Below are positions 1 to 13,253 of a stretch of DNA of 64,000 bases, in pieces. The stretch is from Eledone cirrhosa. Lineage: Eukaryota. The stretch spans positions 5,084,001 through 5,148,000 of the forward strand of contig OZ024752.1 of the NCBI GenBank assembly GCA_964016885.1, in the 5' to 3' direction. Under the pieces are notes generated by a model that did not search any database, was not told the DNA's origin, and was given only the letters and a program-made list of their open reading frames with translations. Positions within the stretch are counted from its first letter, which is position 1, and each line of letters opens with the position of its first letter. Both the position numbers and the translations under genes were made by a program.

Positions 1-1860
1 TGATATCGACTTCCTGTCCCATCTTCCCAAAACCACGGAAACGAATTCACTTCTACTTAGTTTTGATGTGGTAAGCCTTTACACCAATATTACACATGAT
101 TTAGAAATAAAGGCGGTTAAATACTGGGTGGAAAAACATAGAGAAGTGATTCCCACCAGATTCACAGTGTCATTTATATTAGACGCAGTCAGACTTATTC
201 TGGAAAACAACACATTCTTCTTCAATGGAAAGAATTACATCCAAATTAGAGGCACAGCGATGGGAACGAAGTTTGCTCCCATTTACGTGAACTCTGTAAT
301 AGGATACTTAGAACAACAACTCTACGAAGAAATAGAGGAAAAATATAGTACTGAATTTAGAAAGTACATTGAAAAGTCTTGGAAGAGATACCTTGATGAC
401 TGTTTCATCATCTGGATAGAATCTCTAGATACTCTGGATGAGTTCAATATCCTCCTGAATAACCTACACCCATCTCTCCAATTTACAAAAGAGATGAGTA
501 GTACCAAATTACCATTCCTAGATATAATGGTAATCAAAAACGACACCACCATTACCGCGGATATATACTATAAACACACAGACGCCCATCAATATCTGAA
601 TTTTAAGTCGTGCCATCCACCTCATACAAAACGCAACATCCCATACTGCCTAACCAGAAGAATTTGTACCATTGTAGAAGATACGAATACCAGGAACAAA
701 CGCCTAACAGAACTGAGAGAATTTTTGCTCAAACAAAAATACCCATCTCTACTTATAGAAAATGGCATACAGCTGGCTATAAAAATACCTATACAAAAAC
801 TTAGGACAACCCAAGGAAGAAGAAACCAAGAACTGGTCATACCATTTATAATGACACACAAACCATGTCACCAGAATATCTTCAATACGCCAAAGCAAAC
901 CTACCGATCACTGCTCAAAGTAATGAATTAAAAGGTTTAATCACAGAGCGAGCTTTGATTCTTAGTAAAAGACAGCCGAAAAATTTGAAGCAATTACTAA
1001 CAAAGGCAAAGTTTGACCTTAACAACAAAGACCAGTCATTCACTGTATCTAAATGCAATGATAGTCGATGTGGCACATGTCAGTTCATACATACTGGTTA
1101 ATATATGAACACAAAAACTTGAAAAATATTCACAAATGCAAATATGAACTGCAAAAGCAGAAATCTAATTTACTGCATTAAATGCCCGAATTGTGAAGAA
1201 CTATATGTCAGTCAAACTGAAAATGCACTATCGGCACATGTACGGGTGCACTGACAGCAAATCAGAGACCCAAATGTCCGTCAGATACCCCTGAGTAACC
1301 ATCTAGCAACCCAAGCTAAATGAACAATAATAATGCTTAGGGGTATTACTTCTACTATGACTATGCCTACAACCATGTCAACCACTAACAACAACATTAA
1401 TAATAATAAAAGTGATGATTACTGAAGATTTTTTATAAAAACCCTAGAAAATGCTATTTTCATCATTTCTAAAAATAGCAAAACAATTGATGCTTTGGAT
1501 AGGGTCAAATAGTTGATGTTAGACATGCTCAACCAACCATGACGCCTAAACCAATCAGCTTTAATAATCTAGTGAAACCACACACCAATTGGTCGAAATA
1601 CAGTTTGCCAAACTTAGCATTCTGTAGCCCCTTTTTACTGTATATAAGGCACAGATTTTAGCCATCTCATTACAGTTGAAAATTGCAAACTTGACTGTCA
1701 CCACTGAATATGAACCTGAAGATTGTGAAAGCATGAAAGTACTTGTTCAATTAACATTTAATATTCTACCATACTATTTCATTATAATATCCTTATCATT
1801 TTAAAGGATTGTAAATAAAACAAGTAAATCAGACAAAGTTGGAATTCCTTTTATTAATAT
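1..1860 (+). mobile_element. Penelope-like retroelement (RT + GIY-YIG endonuclease, frameshifted) with downstream pseudo-LTR; cut off by the window start
   Basis: ORF 68-931 has PLE RT motifs (QIRGTAMGTKFAP, WKRYLDDCF, LPFLD, YLNFKSCHP). It continues by frameshift through CNDSRCGTC and NLIYCIKCPNCEELYVSQT (GIY-YIG-like, about 1160-1260, with a stop). The non-coding tail carries a hammerhead motif and ends at a (TA)n tract. Confidence 0.9.
1711..1749 (+). ncRNA. Minimal type I hammerhead ribozyme motif in the PLE pseudo-LTR
   Basis: tgaac-CTGAAGA-ttgtgaaagcat-GAAA-gtac-TT-gttca. Stem I is tgaac/gttca; stem II is tgt/gca around a GAAA loop with a T-T closing mismatch; stem III is the palindrome AAGTACTT. 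Confidence 0.7.
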
Positions 1861-1877
1861 ATATATATATATATATA

Positions 1878-2758
1878 CAGGGTGTGGACAATATTTGTTC
1901 GCAAGATTACTGTCTAGGAAAAAATAACACAGTAGTTTTATTTTTTAAGATATATTTATCAAACTTGGGGCAGTTTGTCTTCATGACTTGTTCTTTCGAT
2001 CTCACTCGATAAACCCGCCAATGGCTTTGATGACGGCCTCAAGGCGGCCTCGGAACCGGCTACAGGCCTTCGTCACTGTCCCCCGACTTAGGCCCCTAAA
2101 GGCACTTGTGATCCTGGCCTTCAGATCGTCTTTCGTATTGCAGCTAGATCTGTCTCGTTCCACTGCGCCCCACACAAAGAAGTCGAGGGGGTTGCAGTCA
2201 GGCGAGCTGGGAGGCCAGATATCAGGTGAAGTGTGGTCGACGAAGTTCTCTGACAGCCAGGCTTGGGTCTTTCGGCTGGTATGGAAGGGCGCTGAGTCTT
2301 GCTGCCACACATATGGCCTACCTGCAGCTACCTGGTCGAACGTGGATGTAACCATCGGTGTTCAGCTTGAGGCCCTCAGGGAAGAAGTGAGGTGGCATGA
2401 CGTCACCTTGACTGCTGACGACACCTAAGACCAATGTTGTCGCTGGAAACTTTGTCTGCATGACTCTGGGCACGTCTTTCGATGAGACGCCATTCTCCTG
2501 CTGACGCTGAGAAAGTCTGAAACTTCCTTATTTGTCCTCCCGGCGCAGATTCCAAGAAGAACTCTGTGTCTCTTCCACAAATTTGGAGGTTCAAAATTAT
2601 TCATAATTATTCATAATTATTCATAATTATTCATAAATTCTGAAAATAAATAATGGAAATATAGTCACTGTTTTTATGAAGACAAGAGTGACAACGGAAG
2701 TAAAAAAAATTTGAATAAAATTAGCAGTTGAAAATTGCGAACAAATATCGTCCACACC

Positions 2759-2761
<3 letters not shown>
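1878..2761 (-). mobile_element. Internally deleted Tc1/mariner DD37D (maT-type) transposon
   Basis: TIRs of about 27 bp (cagggtgtggacaatatttgttcgcaa / ttgcgaacaaatatcgtccacaccctg) flanked by TA. ORF 2002-2355(-) reads WQQDSAPFH...WPPSSPDCNPLDF, with 37 residues between the 2nd and 3rd catalytic Asp. Confidence 0.92.
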
Positions 2762-2814
<53 letters not shown>

Positions 2815-2834
2815 CATCACAAGAATATATATAT

Positions 2835-3605
2835 ATATACAAGGGGTTTTTCTCTAAAAGTGAAAGGCAGATTGTATGATGCTTGTATACAAACAGCGAT
2901 ATTACATGGTAGTGAGACCTGGGCGCTGTGTGCTGAAGACTTGCGTAGATTAGAAAGAAATGAAGCTTGCATGCTCCGATGGATGTGTAATAGTAATGTG
3001 CACGAACGACCAAGCATAAACAAATTGAGAGAGAGACTAAGCATAAGAGGTATGAAATGTTCTGTTCTGGAGAGGAAATTGCATTGGTATGGACATGTGA
3101 TATGTATGAAGGACGACAGCTGTATAAAATAGTGCAGGGCAATGAAAATTGATGGAAGCTACGGAGTCGGTAGATCGAGAAAAACCTGGGACGAGATGAT
3201 AAAAACTGACCTTGCCCACCTACACCTCTCTAAGACAATGACAATGGATCAAGACCTTTGGCACCATGCAGTTGTACAGAAGACCCGACTGCCATTGTAT
3301 ACAAACCTACAGTCAGTAAGCACTTCTTAACCCAATGTACACTCCACCTCACACACCCTACTCCATCCTCCCTCTCCCGTTCCATCCACCATATTGATGA
3401 TACAACAGTCCACACTGTAAGGTGGCCATGTAGGAGACACGGTAAAAAGGGTCCAAGTCCACACTGTAAATGTGGTTGGTGTTGGGAAGGGCATCCAGCT
3501 GTAGAAAACCTGCCAGAGACACTTCCATACGAGCGAGACATGGTCTCCCAACCATTCTTGCATCAAATGGAACAAAACCGTCTAATATACATATATCATC
3601 ATCAT
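2835..3605 (+). mobile_element. RTE-clade LINE 3' fragment with 3' UTR
   Basis: [20 protein letters not shown]...RRLERNE...WYGHV...GRSRKTW, followed by a UTR containing aagggcatccagctgtagaaa. Confidence 0.85.
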
Positions 3606-3630
3606 TATATATATATATATATATATATAT

Positions 3631-3801
3631 GTTATTCCGGGTTGAATCGGAGGTAACCACAGTAAGGTACTCAATACATTGCAGAGTATAAAAGTTTTAA
3701 TATAGATGAGATTCTACAGGACTAGAACTGTTTCATTCTTTAGATGATTTCTAAAGAATGAAACAGTTCTAGTCCTGTAGAATCTCATCTATATTAAAAC
3801 T
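3631..3801. mobile_element. Short PLE-type non-coding insert ending in a hairpin with 52 bp arms
   Basis: Arms 3693-3744 and 3750-3801 are reverse complements around a 5 nt loop (tgatt). Contains an HHR 3' half (GAAAC...GTC) and GTACTCAATAC at 3667-3677. Flanked by (TA)n on both sides. Confidence 0.7.
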
Positions 3802-3816
3802 ATATATATATATATA

Positions 3817-4880
3817 CTAGCAGCAGGACCCGACGTTGCACAGGGTAGGAAACATGAAATAGAAACATGCATATGCAAAGATTGAGGAATGTAGCTGTGT
3901 ACTTTTTGAATTCCCTTATTCTCAGGGAATGATTGTTCATCTCCTGGAAATGTAGAACACCAGCAGGCCGGATCCAGTAGTAGCAGTGTCAGTGGACTGA
4001 TTGCGGAAATCCTGTATGCGAAAGGAGAAAGTGTTGTGGTGCGATGTATGTCGTAAGTCTGTTCACAAATTACATCACGGATGGGGAACACACGTCAGTC
4101 TGAAGGAGCGACATAGTCAATTGTGTGTAAACCAAGTAGGGATATTGAGATGACGAAATCAGCGTCAAATTAGCATAAATGCTGGGCAGCACTGGTTGCA
4201 CTGCATTTACGCAACAACAAAGGTGCGACAAAAGGGGTCACCGTGGAATTAGCACAACCGCTGTTCGGCGTACTTGCGCAGAGTGTTCATACTGCGGTGT
4301 AGGTGCAACAAAAGGGGTCTTAGTAGAAGTAGCACAGATATGAGTTTTACGGTGTCAATAACACAGCAACATACACAGGGCCCACATTTGCGCATGATGA
4401 AAGCACGAAGCATCAACAAGGCGCCGACAAAATTTTAAGGTCCTCCTCATTTCCTCAATCCCCCGAAAATGGTCCTGCTTAAAAGTAAGTAAGTGTTGTG
4501 TCCTCTGTTAAATAAACCAAATTTTTAACGAAATATATGATACTTACGATGTTTAAGTAGCTTTTATATTGAAAATGAAAATGGCATGTAATACCCGATG
4601 CTAATTCGTAAATTTCATAGAAACCATTAAGGGAATCGGACATTTTTTTTCGTCCACAGCAATATGAGGAGACTACTTAATGTGTGCTGCAAATTTTGAG
4701 GAAATCGGCTGGATTATCTTTAAATTATGCCTAAAAAAGGCTAAAAATGCCTTTAAAATGCAGTTTTTTGCCTAATGCAGGCCCTAACGCAGAAAAAGTT
4801 AAAAATCGGTCGGGTACTTCTCAAGTTTTAGGGATTTACACAGACAGACAGACATACATCCTCTGTTTTATAAATATAGA
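3817..4880 (-). mobile_element. Non-autonomous Helitron
   Basis: The minus strand starts TC (tctatatttataaa) followed by a (GTCT)n tract. It ends with a subterminal GC hairpin (ccctgtgcaacgtcggg) and CTAG, and sits between A and T. Confidence 0.8.
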
Positions 4881-4977
4881 TATACACATATATATATATA
4901 CATATATGTATATATATATATATCAAGGGCAGTGCCCCAGCATGGCCTCAGCCGGATGGCTGGAACAGGTAAACGAG

Positions 4978-5043
<66 letters not shown>

Positions 5044-5598
5044 TGTATGTATATATATATGTGGATATATGTGTATATATGTTATGTGGAGCGAGAACAA
5101 TTTCCTGCAAAGACAAAAACACATTTATGGTATAAAACACATTTATGGTATAAAAGGAGTCATTAGACTATTTAGGATAACTGAATGAGAGAGAAATACA
5201 TACATATATAAATACACACACACACACACATTTAATTTATGCAGTATTTATCACTTCTTTTTTGACTAGCTTCTACTTAGCTTTTATGTGACCTAATTGA
5301 TATCTTCTGATATCCAATATTGATATTCATATCAATATTGGTAACAATTCTCTCCATCCTATTCTCATGTTCCAATCAATTCTTCATCAGTATTATCATT
5401 AAAATATTCTAAATTACTTTGAAGAAATTCCTAAAATCTTTTTCCTCACTTTCTTTCCCTTTTTGTTCTTTGTTGAAGTTTTTGGTTTAACTTTTTTGAT
5501 GCTTTTGTTATATTTGTTTATAGCTATTTTAACATTTAATTTTTACCATATTTAAATTTTAGATATCTTCAGTATATGTGTGTATGTGTTTGTATATA

Positions 5599-5661
<63 letters not shown>

Positions 5662-5857
5662 ATATTATATATATATACATACTTATTCATTTTCTTACAA
5701 CAGCTATATTGTAAAATTATCAATAAATAAGGTATATATTTATATATATATATATATAAATCAGGATAAAACCAGTTTAAAACTAGTTAGACCATTACTC
5801 AAGAGAGTATTCGATATCTGAGGTAGTAGTGTATGGGTATATAATATATATATATAT

Positions 5858-5911
<54 letters not shown>

Positions 5912-5915
<4 letters not shown>

Positions 5916-6241
5916 TCATTCATTATCATTTCATTTCACGTCCACCTCTCCCTGCTTGCCAGGGTGGGACGGGAACTGATTCTGGCTTGATTTCTACAGC
6001 TGGATGCCCTTCCTAACACCAACCTCATTTACAGTGAGTGCTGGGTGCTTTTTTACTGTGGCACCTCCACGACCACTTTGCAGTGGAATGATAGGGACCC
6101 CAGTCCCTATCATCTCATTTCTGGAGCAATGTGAAATAAAGTGCCTTGCTCAAGGAAACAACACATCGCCCGGTCTGAGAATTGAACTCACAACCTTTCA
6201 ATTGCAAGGCCAATGCTCTAACCACTAAGCCATGTGCCTCC
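5912..6241 (-). mobile_element. tRNA-derived SINE family 1 (CORE-like domain, RTE-type tail)
   Basis: Head ggaggcacatggcttagtggttagagc (box A) and gagttcaattc (box B); CORE-like ccttgagcaagXcacttt; (TGA)n tail. Confidence 0.9.
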
Positions 6242-7013
6242 ATATATATAAAATTATGAGTTTGCAGAACAGACAGATAAAATTTATCTAATTTTTCTTC
6301 TTCCAGAGAAATTTAACTAAATAAATAATCAATTAAACAGAGCTAAGTTTAAAATGTAAGCTTGAGGAAATAATAGATAAATGTTTACCGATATTCCTCT
6401 AGCCCTGACTGTCAACATTTTGCTTGTACTTTGTGGAAATTTTTAATTGTTGCATTATGCATGAGGCTTCAAGCTTATCAAGAGACTCCCTCAATTAGAA
6501 CCAATTTTTCTAAAGTGATTGCTGCCAGTAACAAATTGGAAAAGAGTGAAAATTATCACATGGCTAATAGTCAAGATAAAAGTGTTACAAAGGGTAGACT
6601 GGTGGCGAGTAAGTTCATTGCTAGAAGAAGCAGTTTGTTACTGCCTAAATTTACTCAACCGTAAGGGTGTTAGTACAAGGTCAGAAGGAACACATATATA
6701 TTTAAACATAAGCATAGATACATATATGAGTGTAGCCTAACTTCAACAGTGTGGCTCAATGAATGAATTAAATAAATAATCAGTAATCAGAACTATATTA
6801 AATTATAAGTTTGAAGAACAGACATTAAATTTACCTAATTTTCTTCTTAGCTTTGATTAATGATTATTTATTTAATTCATTCATTCTTCGTTGAAGGTGA
6901 GCTACACTCATATATGTATCTATGCTTATGTTTAAATATATTTGTGCTTCCTCTGACTTTATATATATCATCATCATCATTTTACGTCCACTTTTCCCTG
7001 CTTGCAAGGGTAG

Positions 7014-7051
<38 letters not shown>

Positions 7052-7658
7052 CTTTTTTTTAAATATTTTTAACCCTTTTTGTTTTATTCTATTACTGGTT
7101 TCAGTTGTTGTACTGTGACCATTCTGCGGCACCACATTCAAATATTTTCAAGTTTTCATGTTGATTATATGAAATTTAGTAAGGCTGATGATAACCTCCA
7201 AAAGAGCAACTCTGTTGGCCTTCTTCGTCTGATATTTTTCATTGATCTGAACTGAAATTATTATATTGCATTGATTGCCAAGTTTTCTGGCCAGAAAATT
7301 GATTTGTTCTGTCATACCAGAAAATTTATCATGCCTGAAATTATCTAACATTATCATCGTCAATACTACCATTGAATGTCAATACTACCATTGAATGTTC
7401 ATTTTCCACGTTAGCATGGGTTAGATGAGTTGCCCCGTTGTGAGCCAAGCCTGGTCCAATGACCATGAGTTGCTCTTACAGTACCGGTTTTAGCTTGGTT
7501 TCTTCGGCTGGATGCCCTTCCTAACATCACCACATTTAAGGTGTGTGTTGGGTACTTTTTGTCATGACACCTACACAACTATTTTACAGTGTGGGCTGGG
7601 CGCTAGGTGTCATCACTTTAGAATTCAAGCTCCTAAATGTAATCATATATACTATTCT

Positions 7659-8001
7659 AATACATATAAAAATGAGAAAACTCACCACTAGAATAGCCGT
7701 TAAAACAAGGAAATTCTGTCAAAGACACCATGTTCAAAAATGCTTCATAGAACAGAGACCAGCAGCCAGTGGTTGACAGAGACAATCCACTAGGTGGGCG
7801 ACACAAGCAACCAGTGGTCGACAAAGAGACAATCCATGAGGTGGGTGACAGGCAGCTTGTCCACTTCATGGATTGTTTATCTGTCGACCACTGGTCGCTG
7901 GTCTCTGTCTTGTGAGTTATATTTACCCATGCTGTTGTTGACAACATTTAGCTGTTTTAACAGCTGTTCTAACGATCAGTTTTCTCATCTTTATATGTAT
8001 T
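7659..8001. mobile_element. Foldback/MITE-like element, nearly fully self-complementary
   Basis: Termini aatacatataaaaatgagaaaact / agttttctcatctttatatgtatt. Imperfect complementarity extends to the centre, with an internal duplication of about 55 bp. Confidence 0.75.
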
Positions 8002-8391
8002 CAAATTCACTACAATTTTCAAAAGTTCAAAAGCAGCACCAATTGCCATCTTGTCTGCTAGAGTTATGTTCTTTCTATCTTGTACTTTTTCTTTTATTGG
8101 TAACTCTTTGTATCTTAGTGGTTTTATTTCCTTGCTTGGGGTGAAAAAGAAAAGAAAAGAAGGGAAGAAAGAATGTGTCTGTTTATGAATATGTATATAT
8201 AAGTGTGTGTGTGTATATATATGTGTGTATATGTATATATGGGTGTATGTATATATGTATATGTGTGTATGTATACATATATGTCTTTACTTTTTCCTTT
8301 TTATCTTTTATAATAACTTTATCTGTATTATATTTCTCTTTTTCTATTTATCAACTATTTATTTGGAAAAAAAGTTTTTATAGTGATGTGT

Positions 8392-9871
8392 TAGAGTGAT
8401 TTGACATTTTACCTCTGTAGTTAGACAACATATAGTAATGTACTAGAGTGGTTTGACATTTTACCTCTGTAGTTAGACAACATATAGTAATGTACTAGAG
8501 TGGTTTGACATTTTACCTCTGTAGTTAGACAAATAGTAATGTACTAGAGTGTTTTGACATTTTACCTCTGTAGTTAGACAACATATAGTAATGTACTAGA
8601 GTGGTTTGACATTTTACCTCTGTAGTTAGACAACATATAGTAATGTACTAGAGTGGTTTGACATTTTACCTCTGTAGTTAGACAACATATAGTAATGTAC
8701 TAGAGTGGTTTGACATTTTACCTCTGTAGTTAGACAAATAGTAATGTACTAGAGTGTTTTGACATTTTACCTCTGTAGTTAGACAACATATAGTAATGTA
8801 CTAGAGTGGTTTGACATTTTACCTCTGTAGTTAGACAACATATAGTAATGTACTAGAGTGGTTTGACATTTTACCTCTGTAGTTAGACAACATATAGTAA
8901 TGTACTAGAGTGGTTTGACATTTTACCTCTGTAGTTAGACAACATATAGTAATGTACTAGAGTGGTTTGATATTTTACCTCTGTAGTTAGACAACATATA
9001 GTAATGTACTAGAGTGATTTGACATTTTACCTCTGTAGTTAGACAAATAGTAATGTACTAGAATGTTTTGACATTTTACCTCTGTAGTTAGACAACATAT
9101 AGTAATGTACTAGAGTGGTTTGACATTTTACCTCTGTAGTTAGACAACATATAGTAATGTACTAGAGTGGTTTGACATTTTACCTCTGTAGTTAGACAAC
9201 ATATAGTAATGTACTAGAGTGGTTTGACATTTTACCTCTGTAGTTAGACAACATATAGTAATGTACTAGAGTGGTTTGACATTTTACCTCTGTAGTTAGA
9301 CAAATAGTAATGTACTAGAGTGTTTTGACATTTTACCTCTGTAGTTAGACAACATATAGTAATGTACTAGAGTGGTTTGACATTTTACCTCTGTAGTTAG
9401 ACAACATATAGTAATGTACTAGAGTGGTTTGACATTTTACCTCTGTAGTTAGACAACATATAGTAATGTACTAGAGTGGTTTGACATTTTACCTCTGTAG
9501 TTAGACAACATATAGTAATGTACTAGAGTGGTTTGATATTTTACCTCTGTAGTTAGACAACATATAGTAATGTACTAGAGTGATTTGACATTTTACCTCT
9601 GTAGTTAGACAACATATAGTAATGTACTAGAGTGTTTTGACATTTTACCTCTGTAGTTAGACAACATATAGTAATGTACTAGAGTGGTTTGATATTTTAC
9701 CTCTGTAGTTAGACAACATATAGTAATGTACTAGAGTGATTTGACATTTTACCTCTGTAGTTAGACAACATATAGTAATGTACTAGAGTGGTTTGACGTT
9801 ATACCTCTGTAGTTAGACAACATATAGTAATGTACTAGGTAGGTTTGATACCTCTGTAGTTAGACAACATA
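8392..9871. repeat. 52 bp minisatellite, about 28 copies
   Basis: Unit ctagagtggtttgacattttacctctgtagttagacaacatatagtaatgta, with 49 bp variants and no unique spacers. Confidence 0.97.
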
Positions 9872-10115
9872 TGTTAGGTTGTTCATAAAATATGGCTGAA
9901 TTCAGAAACAATTTTATTCTGGAAAAATTAACAACAGAAATGTTTTGATTAGTCAAAGTATGAGCCGTGAACATCTATGGATCTCTGCCTATTGATTATT
10001 CGGTCAAGAAAAGGATCATTGGTGTTTCGCAGAAAGAGCATCGAACACGCTTCAAAATGCCAAATGTTTTGATTTTCATTGAGCTCATGGTACGCATTTA
10101 TCAAGCTTATTTATA

Positions 10116-10797
10116 CTATGAAGAAATAATAGATAAATAAATGATAGCTTTTTATCCGTGATTCACAGCCACAGAAAATTTACCTAGTATTTCTGATAGC
10201 CTAGACATACAGTTAACCATACATGTTGATTATTTAATTAATTAATTCGTCATTGAGCCACACCGTGAATGGTTGCCAAAAACATATATATATATATATG
10301 GCTCTGTCTAGTTTATGTGTATGTAAACTTCTAAGTTTTATATACTCCCGTAAGGGTGAGTAAAACTTTAGGCAGTATTTCGCTGCGCTTTCTAGCAACC
10401 AGCCTACTCGCCGACCGGCACCAATCACGAGCTTTCTGACTTGACCACTAGCCACGTAACAATTCTTAGCCATTTTGAATTCATTTCTGGCGGGGATCAT
10501 TTAAGAAAAATCTTTGTCCAATTGAGTTTGTCTCCTGATGATTTCGAAACTCATTGATTTATCCAAGATCGGATATTTCCAAAAAGCAAATGAAACCACC
10601 GGGGGTAGAGATATTTTGATGATTTTGGTAGTTTTATGTACACTTTTTCTTCTAATTTTGATTTTGTACCTAATTATGTATGGTTAACTGTGTGTCTAGT
10701 CAATTTCTACAGGCTATCAGAAATACTAAGTACATTTTCTGTGGCTGTGAATCACAGATAAAAAGCTATCATTTATTTATCTATTGTTTCTTCATAG
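10116..10797. mobile_element. Long-TIR (about 110-120 bp) foldback-type non-autonomous element
   Basis: 10116-10225 and 10677-10797 are imperfect reverse complements (ctatgaagaaataatagataaataaatgatagc...) around a spacer of about 450 bp. Confidence 0.7.
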
Positions 10798-10920
10798 GTA
10801 TATTTTCAACTTATAGCCTCGTTTAAATGATTTTTTGTATGGTTGATTATGCTGATTGGGAGAAGAAATACTGTATATATTTTATCTAATGATTCTATGG
10901 ACTTACTTTCTTATATATAT

Positions 10921-11215
10921 ATCATCAATTCATTTTACGTCCGCTTTTCCCTGCTTGCAAGGGTGGGGCGGGAACTGATTCTGGATGCCCTTCCTAATAC
11001 CAACCTCATTTACAGTGAGTGCTGGGTGCTTTTTTGCCGTGTCACCTCCACAACCACTTTGCAGTGGAATGATAGGGACCCCAGTCCTATCATCTCATTT
11101 CTATGTGAAATAAAGTGTCTTGCTCAAGGAAACAACACATCGCCCGGTCTGAGAATCGAACTCGCAACCTTTCGATTGCAAGGCCAATGCTCTAACCACT
11201 AAGCCATGTGCCTCC
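10921..11215 (-). mobile_element. SINE family 1 copy
   Basis: Matches 5912-6241 with small deletions. Confidence 0.9.
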
Positions 11216-11960
11216 ATATATATATATATATTCATTTAGGTTTGTTGATTCACCACTGGATAGAATTGGTCATTCCGTATAGTCAAACTTGATGTAATAT
11301 TAGGGAGAGCACTTGACATAATGCAACTCACCCGTCTTTGTTTGTGTTGGTGCGAGTACGGAGTTAATTATTATAAAATAACAAGATGCTGGACTGGTGT
11401 AATTCCTGAAAGGTTTATTATACTATGAACATTTCAATGACTGGGTTCAGTATGAATCCGGTGACATCATCAATTCCACTTTCAATAAATACACCAGGAC
11501 ATCATCAGGTATTCAAAATTAAACAAAGGAATATAATAGACACAATCCATGGGGCTGAAAAGGCCAAGAGACGAGAGGGCAGCCAAACATTTAGCAGTTT
11601 CCAGTCCGGTTGGCATATATATATATATATATATATATAAGATAACATTAAAAAGGATGCTGATATTGCATAATTCATTTATTCATTATGATTATTTCAA
11701 TGGTTCCCTTATGCAATTCAAGATGTAACATATGCACTTGTTGTTGATATGGGAATGGTATCGTCAGAGGAAAATCCGATTGTGATATGCTGCAATAAAA
11801 AAAAAAGAAGGAAAATATCCTTCTTGTGTGCCTGGCAATTTATTTTTATTAAGGCTAAAAAGTGAGTCTTGTTAATAAAAATTAACATTAAAACTCTACT
11901 TTGGTATTGAGTACTCCTTTCTCTCAACCCTCAACCACATATCTATATATATATTTATAT

Positions 11961-12357
11961 GAAGGCAAATGGCTTAGTGGTTAGAGCATTGGGCTTGCAA
12001 TCGAAAGGTTGTGAATTCAATTCTCAGACCGGGTGATGTGTTGTTTCCTTGAGCAAGACACTTTATTTCACATTGCTCCAGTTTAGTCAGCTGTAGAAAT
12101 GAGATGACAGGACTGGGGTCCCTATCATTCCACAGCAAAGTGGTCATGTAGGTGTCACAGAAAAAAAGCACCCAGCACTCACTGTAAATGAGTTTGGTGT
12201 TAGTAAGGGCATCCAGCTGTAGAAATCAAGCCAGAATCAGTTCCCTCATGAGCAGGACAAGGTCAGCCGACTGGACACTGCCCACAACAGGACAACCTGT
12301 CTAACTCATTCTAGCATGGAAGAACGGGCGTAAAACGGTGATGATGATGATGATGAT
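11961..12357 (+). mobile_element. SINE family 1 copy with the alternative (RTE family B) tail
   Basis: Same tRNA head and CORE-like body. The tail ...gacactgcccacaacaggacaacc...aaacggtgatgatg matches the 3' end of the RTE at 13254. Confidence 0.88.
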
Positions 12358-12526
12358 ATATATTTATATGCATGCTCTGTTTATATTTTTTCTTATAAAT
12401 AATGTCGATTTTTTTTCCTATTTTTAATGCTTTTTTTTTTAGATTTAATATTCTATTGTTTTGTATATTTCTCCTGTTTTTTTTTCTCTGTCATAACCTG
12501 ATTCAATTCTTATTAATACGATACAG

Positions 12527-12574
12527 GAGTCTGATTTAAGTGAAGATGATATACATTACCATCGAATTGATAAG
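12527..12574 (+). CDS. Candidate internal coding exon of an unidentified host gene (ESDLSEDDIHYHRIDK)
   Basis: T-rich upstream sequence, ...atacag acceptor, 48 nt open in phase 0, AAG|gtaaca donor, and non-repetitive context. Confidence 0.55.
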
Positions 12575-12976
12575 GTAACACTTTAAAAAAAAAAGACTAA
12601 AGAATATAGAAATAAACCTCAAGACATTAGCCAAACCCTTCACTAACCTGAATTGTATGTGGTTGTAAGACAATTACTTTAATATGTTTGCTAACTATTT
12701 CACTGTATGTATGTGTCTGCATGTGTGTGAGTGTGCGCCTGTGTGTATCTTTTTGTTATTAAAACATATGTGTATATATATATATACATATATGTGTGTG
12801 TATGTATGTATATATATGTGTATATATGTATATGTATGTATATGTATATGTATGTATATGTATGTATATGTATATATATGTATATGTATATATATGTATA
12901 TATATGTATATGTATATGTATATATATATATGTATATATATATGTGTGTATATATATGTGTGTATATATATGTATA

Positions 12977-13112
12977 TCTTTCCATGGACGAGTTCTGTCC
13001 AGAGGTCTCTGTCCCTCATTATCGCTGCCATGTCCTGCGTCTCCAACAGACCAGTGTCTGTCGTTAGGGCATCAACATACGTTAACCTTGGTCTTCCTCT
13101 TCCAGTGTGTCC
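12977..13112 (-). mobile_element. RTE/RTEX-like LINE extreme 3' fragment
   Basis: Minus-strand translation [20 protein letters not shown]...MRDRDLW. Confidence 0.65.
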
Positions 13113-13193
13113 ATATATATATATGGATATGTATATATATATATGTATAGATATGTATATATATATGTATATATATATATGTATATATGTATG

Positions 13194-13238
<45 letters not shown>

Positions 13239-13253
13239 GTATATATATATGTA

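Noticed and set aside
8392-9871. CRISPR-like regular array
   Set aside because: Units are contiguous and near-identical with no unique spacers, there are no cas genes, and the context is eukaryotic.
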